DNA from: an uncultured Armatimonadetes bacterium
GTDB lineage: Bacteria > Armatimonadota > UBA5829 > DTJY01
DNA: 64,000 nucleotides
NCBI GenBank assembly: GCA_963717145.1
Contig: OY970325.1
Location: 4,064,001 to 4,128,000 of the forward strand
Reading direction: 5' to 3'
The position numbers were made by a program, and so were the translations under genes. The notes below the pieces were generated by a model that did not search any database, was not told the DNA's origin, and was given only the letters and a program-made list of their open reading frames with translations. This document shows, piece by piece, positions 32,064 to 41,933 of the stretch (the stretch's first letter is position 1; each line of letters starts with the position of its first letter).

Positions 32064-32807
32064 GTGATGATCAATCACCGATTACGGATTACCAATCGGA
32101 AAAGATTCGCCATCGCGCTGACGATCGTGGTCGGCGCGGTCGGCATGCTGGTCTACGGCATCTCCCAGGGAGACAGCAGACTCATAACTCCGGTCTATGC
32201 CGCGGCCAATGCAACTGCCCAGGAGACCACCATAGGCGGCCGGCAGGTGGGTGAGGTTATGGTGGACGGCAAGGCGGTGCTTCGGATCCGTTCGGCTGCC
32301 GGCGGGCTTTCGGCGTTCAAGCGGAGTCAGGTCGTGGCAGACAGGCTCAATCAGCTCATGGGCGACTCGATTCAGCCCGAGGACATCACCACGGGGATCG
32401 TGAACGGCCAGGAAGTCGTGCTTGCGGGCGGACAGATACTGGTTACAGCCGATACGACTCATGCCAAGCTGAACGGGACGACCCCGAGTATACTCGCCAA
32501 TCAGTGGGCAACCAACCTGCGCACGTCATTCAGCGGAGGGGCAATGGCTGTTACCGCCGCCGAACCGACGTCTGAGAAGATCGTTCCGATCATCAGCCTG
32601 GGACAGGGTACCAAGATCGGCGGCGCGCAGGTCACCGGCCCGAGAAGCCGCGTGAGAGAAGTGGTGGCCGTTGCACAGGTCGAAGGGACTTTCTCGAGCG
32701 TAGCGAGGGTGAGGATTCTCGTTCCGGTCTCGACCGAAAACATCGTCCAGAAGATCACACGCGTCCCGCAGACGAGCGTGACGGCGCTGGTGGACATCAA
32801 GCTCTAG
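32064..32807 (+). CDS. Membrane-anchored hypothetical protein with a paralogous C-terminal domain
   Basis: KIVPIISLGQG..GAQV..ALVDIKL matches the previous ORF. Confidence 0.75.
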   Translation: MMINHRLRITNRKRFAIALTIVVGAVGMLVYGISQGDSRLITPVYAAANATAQETTIGGRQVGEVMVDGKAVLRIRSAAGGLSAFKRSQVVADRLNQLMGDSIQPEDITTGIVNGQEVVLAGGQILVTADTTHAKLNGTTPSILANQWATNLRTSFSGGAMAVTAAEPTSEKIVPIISLGQGTKIGGAQVTGPRSRVREVVAVAQVEGTFSSVARVRILVPVSTENIVQKITRVPQTSVTALVDIKL

Positions 32808-32887
32808 CAGACCGAGGTGTTGGGTGTTGGGTGTTAGTCGTCGGGTCCGGATCCCCAACACCCAACACCTACAACCCAACACCGTCC

Positions 32888-33982
32888 TTACGGCTTTCCC
32901 TTGAGCAACCCGGCGAAGTAATCCCACACCGGGGGCTTCGTGCCGTCCGGGCGGATCAGCCAGAACCCCCGGCAGTCGGCGTTCGTCGGCCGGCCCTCAT
33001 ACTCGTGTGAGGGCTCGTTGCAGTACAACTCCCAGTAGACGACCCAGCGCGCACCCCAATCGAGGGCGACCTCCGTGGCGCTCTTGATGAACGCCAACTG
33101 CTTCTCGGGCCCGCCGACGTTGTTCTCCGGAGCGCCGTATTCGCCGACGTAGACGTTGTCGCTGCCGTAGAGCTTGCTGTCCGGCATCTGCTTCTTCAGA
33201 TAGTCGAGCGCCTTCCGAAACTTCTCCGGATCCCGCTGAGTGTCCCACGCGGAATACGAGGCGAGATCGCAGTGCGTCTTCGGGAGGACGTTGTTCGCCA
33301 CCGTTGTCTTGCCCTCCATCGCGAGCCCCATGAGGTTGACCTCGGCGGCGTGAGCGACCGTGACCCCGTGCATGCCGACCTCGCGCCGGGCCTTGTCGAC
33401 GCCATCCTGGCGGGCGTTCAGCCAGTCGATCATACCCTGGACGGCCTCAGGGTCGGGCTCCTTCTCGACCTTGACGTCCTTGAGCACCCAGTCGCCCTCC
33501 CAGTTCTGCAGGATGAAGGTCTTGCCCGTGCCCTTATAGGTCGTCAGCAGGTACTTGGTCAGTTCGTAGAACTGCTGTTTCTCGTCAGACGCCATCTCGG
33601 GAGTCATGCCGCCTTTCTTGAACTCATGCCATTCGTGTCCCGGTGCAAATGCCTCCAGGATGTACGTCGTGAACGGTTTGTCGAAGACCTTGCGGAAGTA
33701 CGGAGTCTTCGCGACATCCACGAGCCGCTCGATCTTCGGCCAGTCGGAGTTGAAGGGGTACGACTTCGCGGGCGAAGGGGTAAACCAGAGCTTGATGACC
33801 CGCGTCCCGAGTGCGAGCAGCTTGTCCGCGCCCTCGTTGAGGAAATCCTTGTCGGTGAGGTTGTACTTCCCTGCGACGTGCGCGCTCCCGACGATGTCGC
33901 GCAGGTTCCTATCCTGTGAATCAGCGCCCAATGCCCCGCCTCCTATCGTGATGATCAGCAGTGCCAGAAATGCTGGTTTCAT
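32888..33982 (-). CDS. Secreted hypothetical protein (GH-like TIM barrel?)
   Basis: Signal peptide; NWEGDW, SYSAWD, GEYG. Confidence 0.7.
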   Translation of the reverse strand: MKPAFLALLIITIGGGALGADSQDRNLRDIVGSAHVAGKYNLTDKDFLNEGADKLLALGTRVIKLWFTPSPAKSYPFNSDWPKIERLVDVAKTPYFRKVFDKPFTTYILEAFAPGHEWHEFKKGGMTPEMASDEKQQFYELTKYLLTTYKGTGKTFILQNWEGDWVLKDVKVEKEPDPEAVQGMIDWLNARQDGVDKARREVGMHGVTVAHAAEVNLMGLAMEGKTTVANNVLPKTHCDLASYSAWDTQRDPEKFRKALDYLKKQMPDSKLYGSDNVYVGEYGAPENNVGGPEKQLAFIKSATEVALDWGARWVVYWELYCNEPSHEYEGRPTNADCRGFWLIRPDGTKPPVWDYFAGLLKGKP

Positions 33983-33988
33983 GCCATC

Positions 33989-34017
33989 AGTATAGGATGT
34001 GGTCGGGACGAGGTCAA
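33989..34017 (-). promoter_or_regulatory. sigma70 promoter, probably leaderless transcript
   Basis: TTGACC-17-TATACT, 6 nt before ATG 33982. Confidence 0.6.
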
Positions 34018-34024
34018 GCGGAAC

Positions 34025-34103
34025 CTTCGGAGTGCGGTGGCTTGACACCGCCTTGACGGTTTGACGTGGCCCTAGAGCGGTGTCAAGCCACCGCACTCCG
34101 AAG
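34025..34103. repeat. GGAGTGCG-type REP pair
   Basis: cttcggagtgcggtggcttgacaccgc / gcggtgtcaagccaccgcactccgaag. Confidence 0.9.
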
Positions 34104-35604
34104 CGAGAAAGTCCGAGTCGAGGGTGTAGACGCCTGTGACGGAGACGATGCTGTCGAGCTGTACCGCGCCGGCCCAGCGGACGGGGACGCCGGTCTCACC
34201 ATCCGAGAGCCGGAAGCCGCCTGGGAGGATCTCGGTCACACGGCCCCACGTCTTCGTCCGGAGGCCGATCATCCTGTTCACTCTCGTGAGCGTCGAGCCG
34301 AGCGGCTCAGGGATGTGCCTCCCCGCGGCATGGAGTGTGCTTGCTGAGGCCGAAAGGATCTTCGCGCCGCCTGGATTCGTGCTCACAGTACCGGTCACGC
34401 TCGCCAGGAGATCGCCGACGTTGTATCCGTTCAGCCCCTGGACCGCGATCGCCGCCGAGCGGTCGGGCGATTGCAGATAGGTCGTGACGCCGTCGCTGCA
34501 GCTAACGACCAGCCGGTTGATCCTGGCCGCGGTTCCATCCGGCAGGAGCTTCGCGATCCCGATCCGATTGAGGTTGTACGGCGAATCGAGCGGATAGCAT
34601 CCGACCCCGGCGCACGGCGAATCGAACCGCAGCCGGAACTCATCGCGGTCGGGCATAAGGAAACGCGGATCGGCGGAGAAGTTGCCCCAGGCCGGCGCCG
34701 CCGGTTTGATCATTCCACCGAGATCGCCGCCCACGTTCCCATACAGGTCGCAGTGGCTGTATGTCAGTGCGGAGGACGTACTCCCGCCGAAGAGACCTCC
34801 TCCGACCGGCGCGGAGTTGAACGCTATGATGCAGTAGTTCAGGATCATCGGCGAGCCGTAGTAGTCATAGCCGCCGCCGCCACTGACCTCGGCGCTGTTG
34901 TAGGCGATCGTGCAGTTCTCGAAATCAGGGCCGGCATGATAGGGTCCGAATACGCCGCCGCCGCTCCCTGTGGCATGATTGCGGACGATGAGGCAGTTTC
35001 GAACGACGGGATAGGAGTGGTACTCGACGTATATGCCCCCGCCGCTCACGGCCTTGTTGTGGATCATCTCGCAGTTGATGATGTCGCCGTAGGAGTACTT
35101 GCCCATGTAGATTCCGCCGCCCCGATTGGTCGCGCGGCAGTTCTCGAACCGGCAGTTGATGATGGTCGCGGTGGTCGTGATCTGGCAGCGAATGCCCCCG
35201 CCGTCGTCCGCCTTGCCGTTCCTGATGGTGATACCTTCGATGGTCACGGAGACTTGTGTTGGGACGTCGATACCTCGTCCCGCACCGCCCGGATCGATGA
35301 TCGTCGGGAACGCCCCGCCCAGACGCTGGCTCAGCGAGGTCTCGTAGCCGAGGAACCCGCCGTACAGCTTGCTGTACTGGGTCATGGTGACCGATTCCCG
35401 GTAGGTCCCGGCTGCGATCCAGTAATCCGAGCCGGTGCCTGTCGCGCTGATGGCCTGCCCGATTCCTGTGTACGCGGTCGCCCACGAGGTCCCATTATGT
35501 ATGGGACCAGGCGCATCGGCATCGACGTAGACGACCGTCGCCCCATGAGCGGCTGAGATGCCCAACAGGCAGAGGAGAAGTGCTATGGTTATCCGTTTGG
35601 ACAT
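34072..35604 (-). CDS. Secreted right-handed beta-helix protein with C-terminal tandem OB-like module
   Basis: NxAxxGGGI repeats, NGTSWATAY, ADPRF; C-term SPDRSAAI..GLRTKTWGRV. Confidence 0.82.
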   Translation of the reverse strand: MSKRITIALLLCLLGISAAHGATVVYVDADAPGPIHNGTSWATAYTGIGQAISATGTGSDYWIAAGTYRESVTMTQYSKLYGGFLGYETSLSQRLGGAFPTIIDPGGAGRGIDVPTQVSVTIEGITIRNGKADDGGGIRCQITTTATIINCRFENCRATNRGGGIYMGKYSYGDIINCEMIHNKAVSGGGIYVEYHSYPVVRNCLIVRNHATGSGGGVFGPYHAGPDFENCTIAYNSAEVSGGGGYDYYGSPMILNYCIIAFNSAPVGGGLFGGSTSSALTYSHCDLYGNVGGDLGGMIKPAAPAWGNFSADPRFLMPDRDEFRLRFDSPCAGVGCYPLDSPYNLNRIGIAKLLPDGTAARINRLVVSCSDGVTTYLQSPDRSAAIAVQGLNGYNVGDLLASVTGTVSTNPGGAKILSASASTLHAAGRHIPEPLGSTLTRVNRMIGLRTKTWGRVTEILPGGFRLSDGETGVPVRWAGAVQLDSIVSVTGVYTLDSDFLASECGGLTPL

Positions 35605-35709
35605 GGACATGCTTTCTAAGCAAGCGGTTGACGTGTTTCCGCCAACATAGTATATCCAAAATTGCGAATATCTAACCATCGGGGGCCGGGAATGGGATGT
35701 CAGCCGATC

Positions 35710-36291
35710 CTATTGCTGCTTGCCCTCAATGGAGGCAAGGAGAATCGCGGCGGCCAAGCCCATGCGTCGGTCGAGTGTCTTGTTCCAGTCCGGCGAGAAG
35801 TCCAGGCCGATCTTCGTGACGAACGGGTTGAAGTGGTGCTTGAACTTGAAGACCTCGGTGCCGCCGACGGTCCCATGGAACGACTGGGGAATGAGATTGG
35901 TGGCGAACCGCCTGAGGAGTGCGAGCGCCCAGCTATCCTCCTCGATGATGCCGATCTCGTTGTCCTCGACATCCATGATGACCCACTCGTCCTTCAACAG
36001 CGACTTCACGCCTCTCCGCTTCAACGCGCCGATCTTTTGGTCCGAGGCGGAATCGATGACGTCGTAGGCCGACGAGAAGTCGATGATGTTCCTGGCCTTG
36101 ATGCGGAACAGCTCGGACGACTTGCTCTCGTCGGGATGGATGGTGATGTCTTCCTTCAGCTTGAAGGCCTTCATGCTCGCGAAAAGCGCCAGGCTGCCCG
36201 TGGAATCGTATATCCGGAACGATCCGCCGAATAACTTGAGGACCTGTTTGCGCAGTAGATAAGTGGAATGCTCGAACGGATTTGTGCCCAA
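35710..36291 (-). CDS. Scramblase/LURP-one-like hypothetical protein
   Basis: KLKEDI, IKARNIIDFSSAYDV, DRRMGLA. Confidence 0.7.
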   Translation of the reverse strand: MGTNPFEHSTYLLRKQVLKLFGGSFRIYDSTGSLALFASMKAFKLKEDITIHPDESKSSELFRIKARNIIDFSSAYDVIDSASDQKIGALKRRGVKSLLKDEWVIMDVEDNEIGIIEEDSWALALLRRFATNLIPQSFHGTVGGTEVFKFKHHFNPFVTKIGLDFSPDWNKTLDRRMGLAAAILLASIEGKQQ

Positions 36292-36425
36292 AGTCTACCT
36301 CCTCCAAAGGCTGGTTCATGCTAGTTCTTCCACTTTCACCTCGGATATCCTGCATATGAAAAGGCGGTGGCTCTGATCGAACCACCGCCGATATCTGGGT
36401 CTTTTGTGTTTGAACGAACGGCTTG

Positions 36426-37082
36426 CTAGCCGTTTCTACGTCTCAGCACGAATCCCGCGAGTCCGGTGATGCCGGACACCAGGGCGAGCAAGCTGCTCGG
36501 CTCGGGGACGACTTCGATGTAGGAAGTCGAGCCGGCCGGGCCTTCGACCGCTCCAACGTTTCCACCGTTCATGTTCCATACTACGTTGAAGATCAGGCCG
36601 ACGTTATTCCAGCCTGCATCGATGCCGGACTGGAGATATGAAGTCACGTCGTGTCTCTGCCAGCCTTCGCCGACGCCATTGAGAAAGGCTATCTCGGATC
36701 CGCCGGCTTGGCTGAATCCTGCTGCTACCGCCGAGCCGGGATCTCCGCCATAGAACTGGAGCGAGGTCCCGTTGATCCCGTAGGAATAGAAGTTGAAAGA
36801 AGCGCTGTTCGGACTTAGTGTCTTGCCTGCCAGGGAGGAGATGTTGACGATCACCATTCCTCTCCCTGATTCTCTGTTCTCGCCGTTATGCCAGAACGAG
36901 ACGTTGGTACCGCCGGTGTCCGCCCAGGAGCCATACCACCCGTACCAACTGCGGCCGGCATACCCGTCACCCTCGCCGGTTGGATAGAGCCTCAGCGGCA
37001 CCGGGCTGGCGAATGCCGAGGTGGCGCAGAGCACAAGAGCCATTGCGATCAGGATGATAGCAAACTTCCGAGTTTTCTTCAT
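36426..37082 (-). CDS. PEP-CTERM sorting domain protein
   Basis: Signal peptide; C-term VPEPSSLLAL-TM-RRR. Confidence 0.9.
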   Translation of the reverse strand: MKKTRKFAIILIAMALVLCATSAFASPVPLRLYPTGEGDGYAGRSWYGWYGSWADTGGTNVSFWHNGENRESGRGMVIVNISSLAGKTLSPNSASFNFYSYGINGTSLQFYGGDPGSAVAAGFSQAGGSEIAFLNGVGEGWQRHDVTSYLQSGIDAGWNNVGLIFNVVWNMNGGNVGAVEGPAGSTSYIEVVPEPSSLLALVSGITGLAGFVLRRRNG

Positions 37083-37143
37083 GTACAGACCATCCTTTCC
37101 ATGTTTGGAGGACGCAAGACACGAGGCGTCCGAAAACAAACCC

Positions 37144-37159
37144 TGCAATATCCATGCCA
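37144..37159 (-). promoter_or_regulatory. sigma54 promoter of the PEP-CTERM gene
   Basis: TGGCATG-GATA-TTGCA. Confidence 0.75.
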
Positions 37160-37298
37160 AACAAGCGATTAATTGAAGATCTGGTAATTCACACAGGTAG
37201 GCATGAGCTGTGCCATATCGGGGTACATACGGTGTGCCGGTCGCCATTTCGCATACCTATCGCATGTTCTGAGGCTTACTGAGTTGACCGATTTCTTG

Positions 37299-38096
37299 AT
37301 GGGACTTAATCCGGTCGTGCAGGCGCTGCTTGCGACGACATTCACATGGGGAGTCACCGCCATTGGCGCGACCGGCGTCTTTTTCATGAAGGAGATCAAC
37401 CATCGGCTGCTCGATGCCATGCTCGGGTTCGCGGCCGGGGTGATGATCGCCGCCAGCTACTGGTCGCTGCTTGCCCCATCGATCGCCCTCTCAGACGAAC
37501 TCGGATTCATAAAGTGGGTGCCGCCCGCTATCGGATTCCTCGCAGGTGGAGGTTTCCTCGCGCTCCTGGACAGGCTGTTGCCGCACGTCCATCCCGAGGA
37601 TCCGGAGGAGCCGGCGGAGGGCCTGAGATCCACGTGGAGACGCAGCCTGCTCCTGATCCTCGCTGTCACCATCCACAATATCCCGGAGGGCATGGCGGTC
37701 GGGGTCGCATTTGGGGCGGCGGCCGCGGGTCTCGGGGGAGCGACCATCGGTGGGGCGATCGCTCTGGCGATCGGCATCGGCCTGCAGAACTTCCCTGAGG
37801 GCCTGATCATCTCTATGCCGCTTCGGAGGGAGGGGTTCTCCCGCCTCAAGAGCTTCTGGTACGGCCAGCTCTCCGCCATCGTCGAGCCGATGGCGGGTGT
37901 GATCGGCGCCGTAGGGGTGCTCTACGCTCGATGGATGCTTCCATTTGCGCTGGCGTTCGCTGCCGGAGCGATGATCTTCGTGGTGGTCGAGGAGTTGATC
38001 CCCGAGGCACAGTCGAGCCACAATGCCGACGTCGCCTCCATCGGAACGATGGTGGGCTTCACGGTGATGATGGTCCTCGATGTAGCGTTTGCCTAA
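37299..38096 (+). CDS. ZIP family (ZupT/GufA) metal transporter
   Basis: GFAAGVM, HNIPEG, QNFPEG, AAGAMIFVV; start approximate. Confidence 0.92.
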   Translation: MGLNPVVQALLATTFTWGVTAIGATGVFFMKEINHRLLDAMLGFAAGVMIAASYWSLLAPSIALSDELGFIKWVPPAIGFLAGGGFLALLDRLLPHVHPEDPEEPAEGLRSTWRRSLLLILAVTIHNIPEGMAVGVAFGAAAAGLGGATIGGAIALAIGIGLQNFPEGLIISMPLRREGFSRLKSFWYGQLSAIVEPMAGVIGAVGVLYARWMLPFALAFAAGAMIFVVVEELIPEAQSSHNADVASIGTMVGFTVMMVLDVAFA

Positions 38097-38098
38097 GA

Positions 38099-38321
38099 CG
38101 GTGCATTCGAGTTGAGTGGGCGGCGATCCGACCGTCTCTCGTTATGGTTTCGGGGCCTCCAGAGACGCGGAGGCCGTCCGCAGACGGACGCAGAGAGAAA
38201 CCTACTCGAGACTAGACGGGGCTGGGGACTGGGGAGTCCGGCAGACCACCCAACCGTTCTCCTCGAGTAGCCACTCTGGTGGCATAACGAGAGGCTGCAC
38301 CCACTCTGCGGAAATGCACCC
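38099..38321. mobile_element. ISKra4-type MITE, copy 2
   Basis: Homologous to 26180-26354 with a ~45-nt internal insert; target duplication degenerate. Confidence 0.8.
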
Positions 38322-38331
38322 CCTACGTCCA

Positions 38332-38360
38332 TTGACGCATCGAGGCCCTTCGCGTACAAT
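38332..38360 (+). promoter_or_regulatory. sigma70 promoter
   Basis: TTGACG-17-TACAAT. Confidence 0.65.
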
Positions 38361-38379
38361 GCCGCTGGAGGACCCACCG

Positions 38380-39828
38380 ATGCGTTTTCTATTCTTCGCA
38401 CTGCTTGCTCTCATCACCATGATCCCCGCGAGCCTGTATGCCGAGGACCTGATCGCCGGGAATCCGCCGTTCCGACGGCTCTTCCTCGATGCGATGGTGA
38501 CCGAGGAGTCTCAGGGCCTCACGCGCGTATTCCACTCCGCCGAGAAGCACCCCGGCAATCCCGTCATGCGTACCACCGAGGCGTGGGAAGGCTGGGGGCC
38601 GTATCTCTACGGCACAGTGCTGCGGGACGAGGGGCGGCTCAAGATGTGGTACTCCTGCATCGGCTCAGACAGCGGGTATACGTGCTACGCCGAGTCCACG
38701 GATGGCATCACCTGGACCAAGCCGAAACTCGGGATCGTCGACTTCAAGGGATCGACCGCGAACAACATCGTCGGCACAATGGGCCTCCCGAGCGTGATGA
38801 AGCTCGGAGACAAGCGATGGGCGATGTACTCCTGGGGCGGCGACTCGGGTGCGCAGGTCATGTTTTCCGAAGACGGTCTGCGCTGGACTCAGGGCAAGAC
38901 GAAGCTCTTCCCGACCTCCGACGTCGTCAACTTCTTCTACGACCCGTATCGGGAGCGCCATGTCTCGACCTACAAGGTCGCGAACCGCCGGCACAGGGCG
39001 ACCGGCCTCGCGGTCTCCAGCGATGGATTGGAGTGGAGCAAGCCGGTCGAGGGGCCGGTCTTCGGCGCGGATGACCTCGACCCGGACGCCTCCCAGGTCT
39101 ACGGCATGCCGGTGTTCCCGTACCAGGGCATGTATGTCGGCCTGCCCTGGATCTATCACGCGCGATGGATGAAGTATGGCGACTATGACTCGCCGAAGAA
39201 GATGTACGAGGCACAGGAAGGGAGTCCGTGCACCGTAGATGTCCAGATGACGTGGGGCTGGAACCTCATCCAGTGGAATCGAACGCCCGACCGGAAGCCG
39301 TTCATCGCCCTCGGGCCGGACGGAAGCTGGGACGACGGCATGATCTACACCGCCCGCGCGCCGGTCGTCATGGGCGACAAGCTCGGGTTCTACTACGGCG
39401 GATTCGATCAGGTCCACGATGACTACAAGGATGTCCACGGCGCGATCGGGCTGGCGACCCTCCGGCTCGATGGATTCTGCTCCATGCGCGCCGGGGTCAA
39501 GGAGGGATGGCTGATCAGCCGGCGGGAGGTCTTCCGTACCCCCAGAGTCACGATCAACGCGAAGACCGCCCCGACCGGCTTCGTCGCGGCCGAGCTGCTC
39601 GATCGGAACAACAACGTCATCCCCGGCTTTTCACGAGCCGACTGCATCCCATTCACGGGCGACTCGGTCCGAGGCACGATCGAATGGAAGACAGAATCGT
39701 TCCCGAAGAAGCTGATCGACGCCGACAAGAAGGTCCGCTTCTTCGTCAAGAACGCCGATCTCTATTCCTACCTCCCGGCGGACATCGACATGGCGAAGGA
39801 CGACGGTCGAATCTGGATGGACAAGTGA
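38380..39828 (+). CDS. Secreted five-bladed beta-propeller glycoside-hydrolase-like protein
   Basis: CYAESTDGITWTKP, SxDGxxW repeats, GLATLRLDGF. Confidence 0.78.
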   Translation: MRFLFFALLALITMIPASLYAEDLIAGNPPFRRLFLDAMVTEESQGLTRVFHSAEKHPGNPVMRTTEAWEGWGPYLYGTVLRDEGRLKMWYSCIGSDSGYTCYAESTDGITWTKPKLGIVDFKGSTANNIVGTMGLPSVMKLGDKRWAMYSWGGDSGAQVMFSEDGLRWTQGKTKLFPTSDVVNFFYDPYRERHVSTYKVANRRHRATGLAVSSDGLEWSKPVEGPVFGADDLDPDASQVYGMPVFPYQGMYVGLPWIYHARWMKYGDYDSPKKMYEAQEGSPCTVDVQMTWGWNLIQWNRTPDRKPFIALGPDGSWDDGMIYTARAPVVMGDKLGFYYGGFDQVHDDYKDVHGAIGLATLRLDGFCSMRAGVKEGWLISRREVFRTPRVTINAKTAPTGFVAAELLDRNNNVIPGFSRADCIPFTGDSVRGTIEWKTESFPKKLIDADKKVRFFVKNADLYSYLPADIDMAKDDGRIWMDK

Positions 39829-39915
39829 GCGGACACAACGTGTAGCCTAGGGCTTTATGCCCGTCGAGGATGCCCACAAGGGGTAGGCTACGAGTATCGC
39901 CGAGGAAGGTGAAAG

Positions 39916-41496
39916 ATGACGGAACCGGTAAGCAGAAGAGGATTCCTGAAAGGTTCGCTCGCGGGAAGTGCAATCGTGGGCATGGGCGGCATATCCGCAT
40001 TCGGCGCACCGATTGAAAATGGAGGCACGAGCATGGCATCTAGGTATGACAGCCAGACACCAAAGGGCGAGATCTCGCACAGGTTGCTCTTCTTCGAGGC
40101 GCCGAACGAGGCATACGGCATCCACCATGCCTATGCGCCGGTGACGAAGGTCGAGTGCCGCGTGGACGACGGCGGGCTCGGCTGGTCGTGCATCGACTTC
40201 GGCGATCCGATCGAGATCGGCGGCACGTACCGATGTTATGGGACCGTGCGGACTCCCGACGAGAAGTTCATGGGCATCGCCCTGTGGGAATCCAATGATG
40301 CGCTCGAGTGGACGCCGGTCACCCTCGGCCAGGTCAAGCGGGACGGCAAGGAAACGAACCTCATCGAGTTCGAGAACCTGCCCGGCGACCAGACCGCGGT
40401 GTCGCTCCCGAACGTCATCCGGCTGAACGATGGCCGCATGCGGATGTACTTCTGGAAGCACCGCGACGGTCATCTGCGCTACCTGATCGCCGAGAGCGAA
40501 GACGGCCGCCGCTGGCGGGTCCTCGATGTCGACAAGCCGGCGCTGTTCCATCCCCATGACGGCGGCCTGTGGAAGCTTGCGGAGGGCCTCTCAAGACACG
40601 AAGCGCCTGAGATCAAGCTCACGCCGGAGGAATTCCTGAGACGCAAGCGGCTCTGGAGCAACGACTCGACGCATATCCACTACAATCCGCAGCTCGACCG
40701 CTTCGAATGCTACTCGGTCTGGCTCCATCCCGCGATCCCCGACCGGCGGGTCGATGTCGACAACGCACCCGGCATCCACCGCCTCATCCATCGCCGATTC
40801 AGCGCGGACGGCCTCGAATGGAGCGACGCCGAATTGATCATCATGCCGGACGACGGAGATCCGTGGGACCTGCAGTTCTACTTCCTGAGCGTCCATCGCC
40901 AGGCGGACTGGATGATCGGTCGGGTGGGATACTACCGCGTGGCCGATGGGATGCAGACGACGGACACCGACCTCTGCTTCTCCCGCGACGGCCGAAACTG
41001 GGAGCGTCCCGTGCGCGGTGGGTGGATTCCCCGCTCGAATGAGGGCCTCGATACGATGGGCATCTACGCAGCCGGCGCATTGGTCGATCGCGGCGACCGA
41101 TGGCTCACCCTCTACAGCGGGACACCCGTGCCGCACAACAACGGCAGGTATCGATCGGGCGTGATGGGAGCCACGTTTGCGAAGAACCGATTCGTCGGAC
41201 TGGAAGCCGATCGCACGCGGGGCGGGTTCATGACGGAGCCGTTCTTCCCGGCGGGAGAGACAATCCGCCTGGACGCGGACATCCGGGGCTCTCTGAGGGC
41301 TGAGTTGTGTGATGCGTTCGGCCGCAAGCTCGAAGGGTTCCATCTCATGGATTCGACGCCGATCCAGGGCGACTCCGAGGCCCACATCCTCCGATGGAAG
41401 GAAGCATCGACCGCCGACCACCGCTTCGAGTGCTTGCGCCTCCGGTTCGAGTACACCGACGGCGTCGTCTACGGCGTGGACTTCTCGGCGGGATGA
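39916..41496 (+). CDS. Tat-exported beta-propeller glycoside-hydrolase-like protein
   Basis: SRRGFLK; repeated SxDGxxW; C-terminus similar to the previous gene. Confidence 0.75.
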   Translation: MTEPVSRRGFLKGSLAGSAIVGMGGISAFGAPIENGGTSMASRYDSQTPKGEISHRLLFFEAPNEAYGIHHAYAPVTKVECRVDDGGLGWSCIDFGDPIEIGGTYRCYGTVRTPDEKFMGIALWESNDALEWTPVTLGQVKRDGKETNLIEFENLPGDQTAVSLPNVIRLNDGRMRMYFWKHRDGHLRYLIAESEDGRRWRVLDVDKPALFHPHDGGLWKLAEGLSRHEAPEIKLTPEEFLRRKRLWSNDSTHIHYNPQLDRFECYSVWLHPAIPDRRVDVDNAPGIHRLIHRRFSADGLEWSDAELIIMPDDGDPWDLQFYFLSVHRQADWMIGRVGYYRVADGMQTTDTDLCFSRDGRNWERPVRGGWIPRSNEGLDTMGIYAAGALVDRGDRWLTLYSGTPVPHNNGRYRSGVMGATFAKNRFVGLEADRTRGGFMTEPFFPAGETIRLDADIRGSLRAELCDAFGRKLEGFHLMDSTPIQGDSEAHILRWKEASTADHRFECLRLRFEYTDGVVYGVDFSAG

Positions 41497-41933
41497 GCGC
41501 CGCCCCTGGGCATCCGATGGAGGCCATGGCAGTCGGTGCACACGGCGTTGGAGAGAATCAGCCGCCCGTGGGGTCGGCGTTTGCCCTTCCATTCGGCCAG
41601 GAACTTGGCGACGGCATCCGGCTTCTTGTGCGCCACATGGCACTTCTTGCAGAACGGCTCCACCTCCGCTCGCCCAAAGAGGACATCCGGCTTGGCGGCG
41701 GCTTCCTCGTCATTCATGTGCTCGTAGGAGACGCCGTGACAATGCGCGCACGTCGTGCCCCGCTTGAGGTGGGTTGCGGCGATCTGCTCGCTCTCGAAGT
41801 TGATGTGGCAGACCAGGCACCCGCTGTTGTCCTTCGGCATCTTCGGCGCGCCACTGTTAACCACAGCCGCGAGGATCGGCACTGAGACTCCCAGCGCGAT
41901 CAGTAGCATACCGGCCAGCTTGCTTCGATTCAT
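41469..41933 (-). CDS. Tetraheme c-type cytochrome (c3-like)
   Basis: CLVCH, CAHCH, CKKCH, CTDCH; signal peptide. Confidence 0.85.
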   Translation of the reverse strand: MNRSKLAGMLLIALGVSVPILAAVVNSGAPKMPKDNSGCLVCHINFESEQIAATHLKRGTTCAHCHGVSYEHMNDEEAAAKPDVLFGRAEVEPFCKKCHVAHKKPDAVAKFLAEWKGKRRPHGRLILSNAVCTDCHGLHRMPRGGAHPAEKSTP

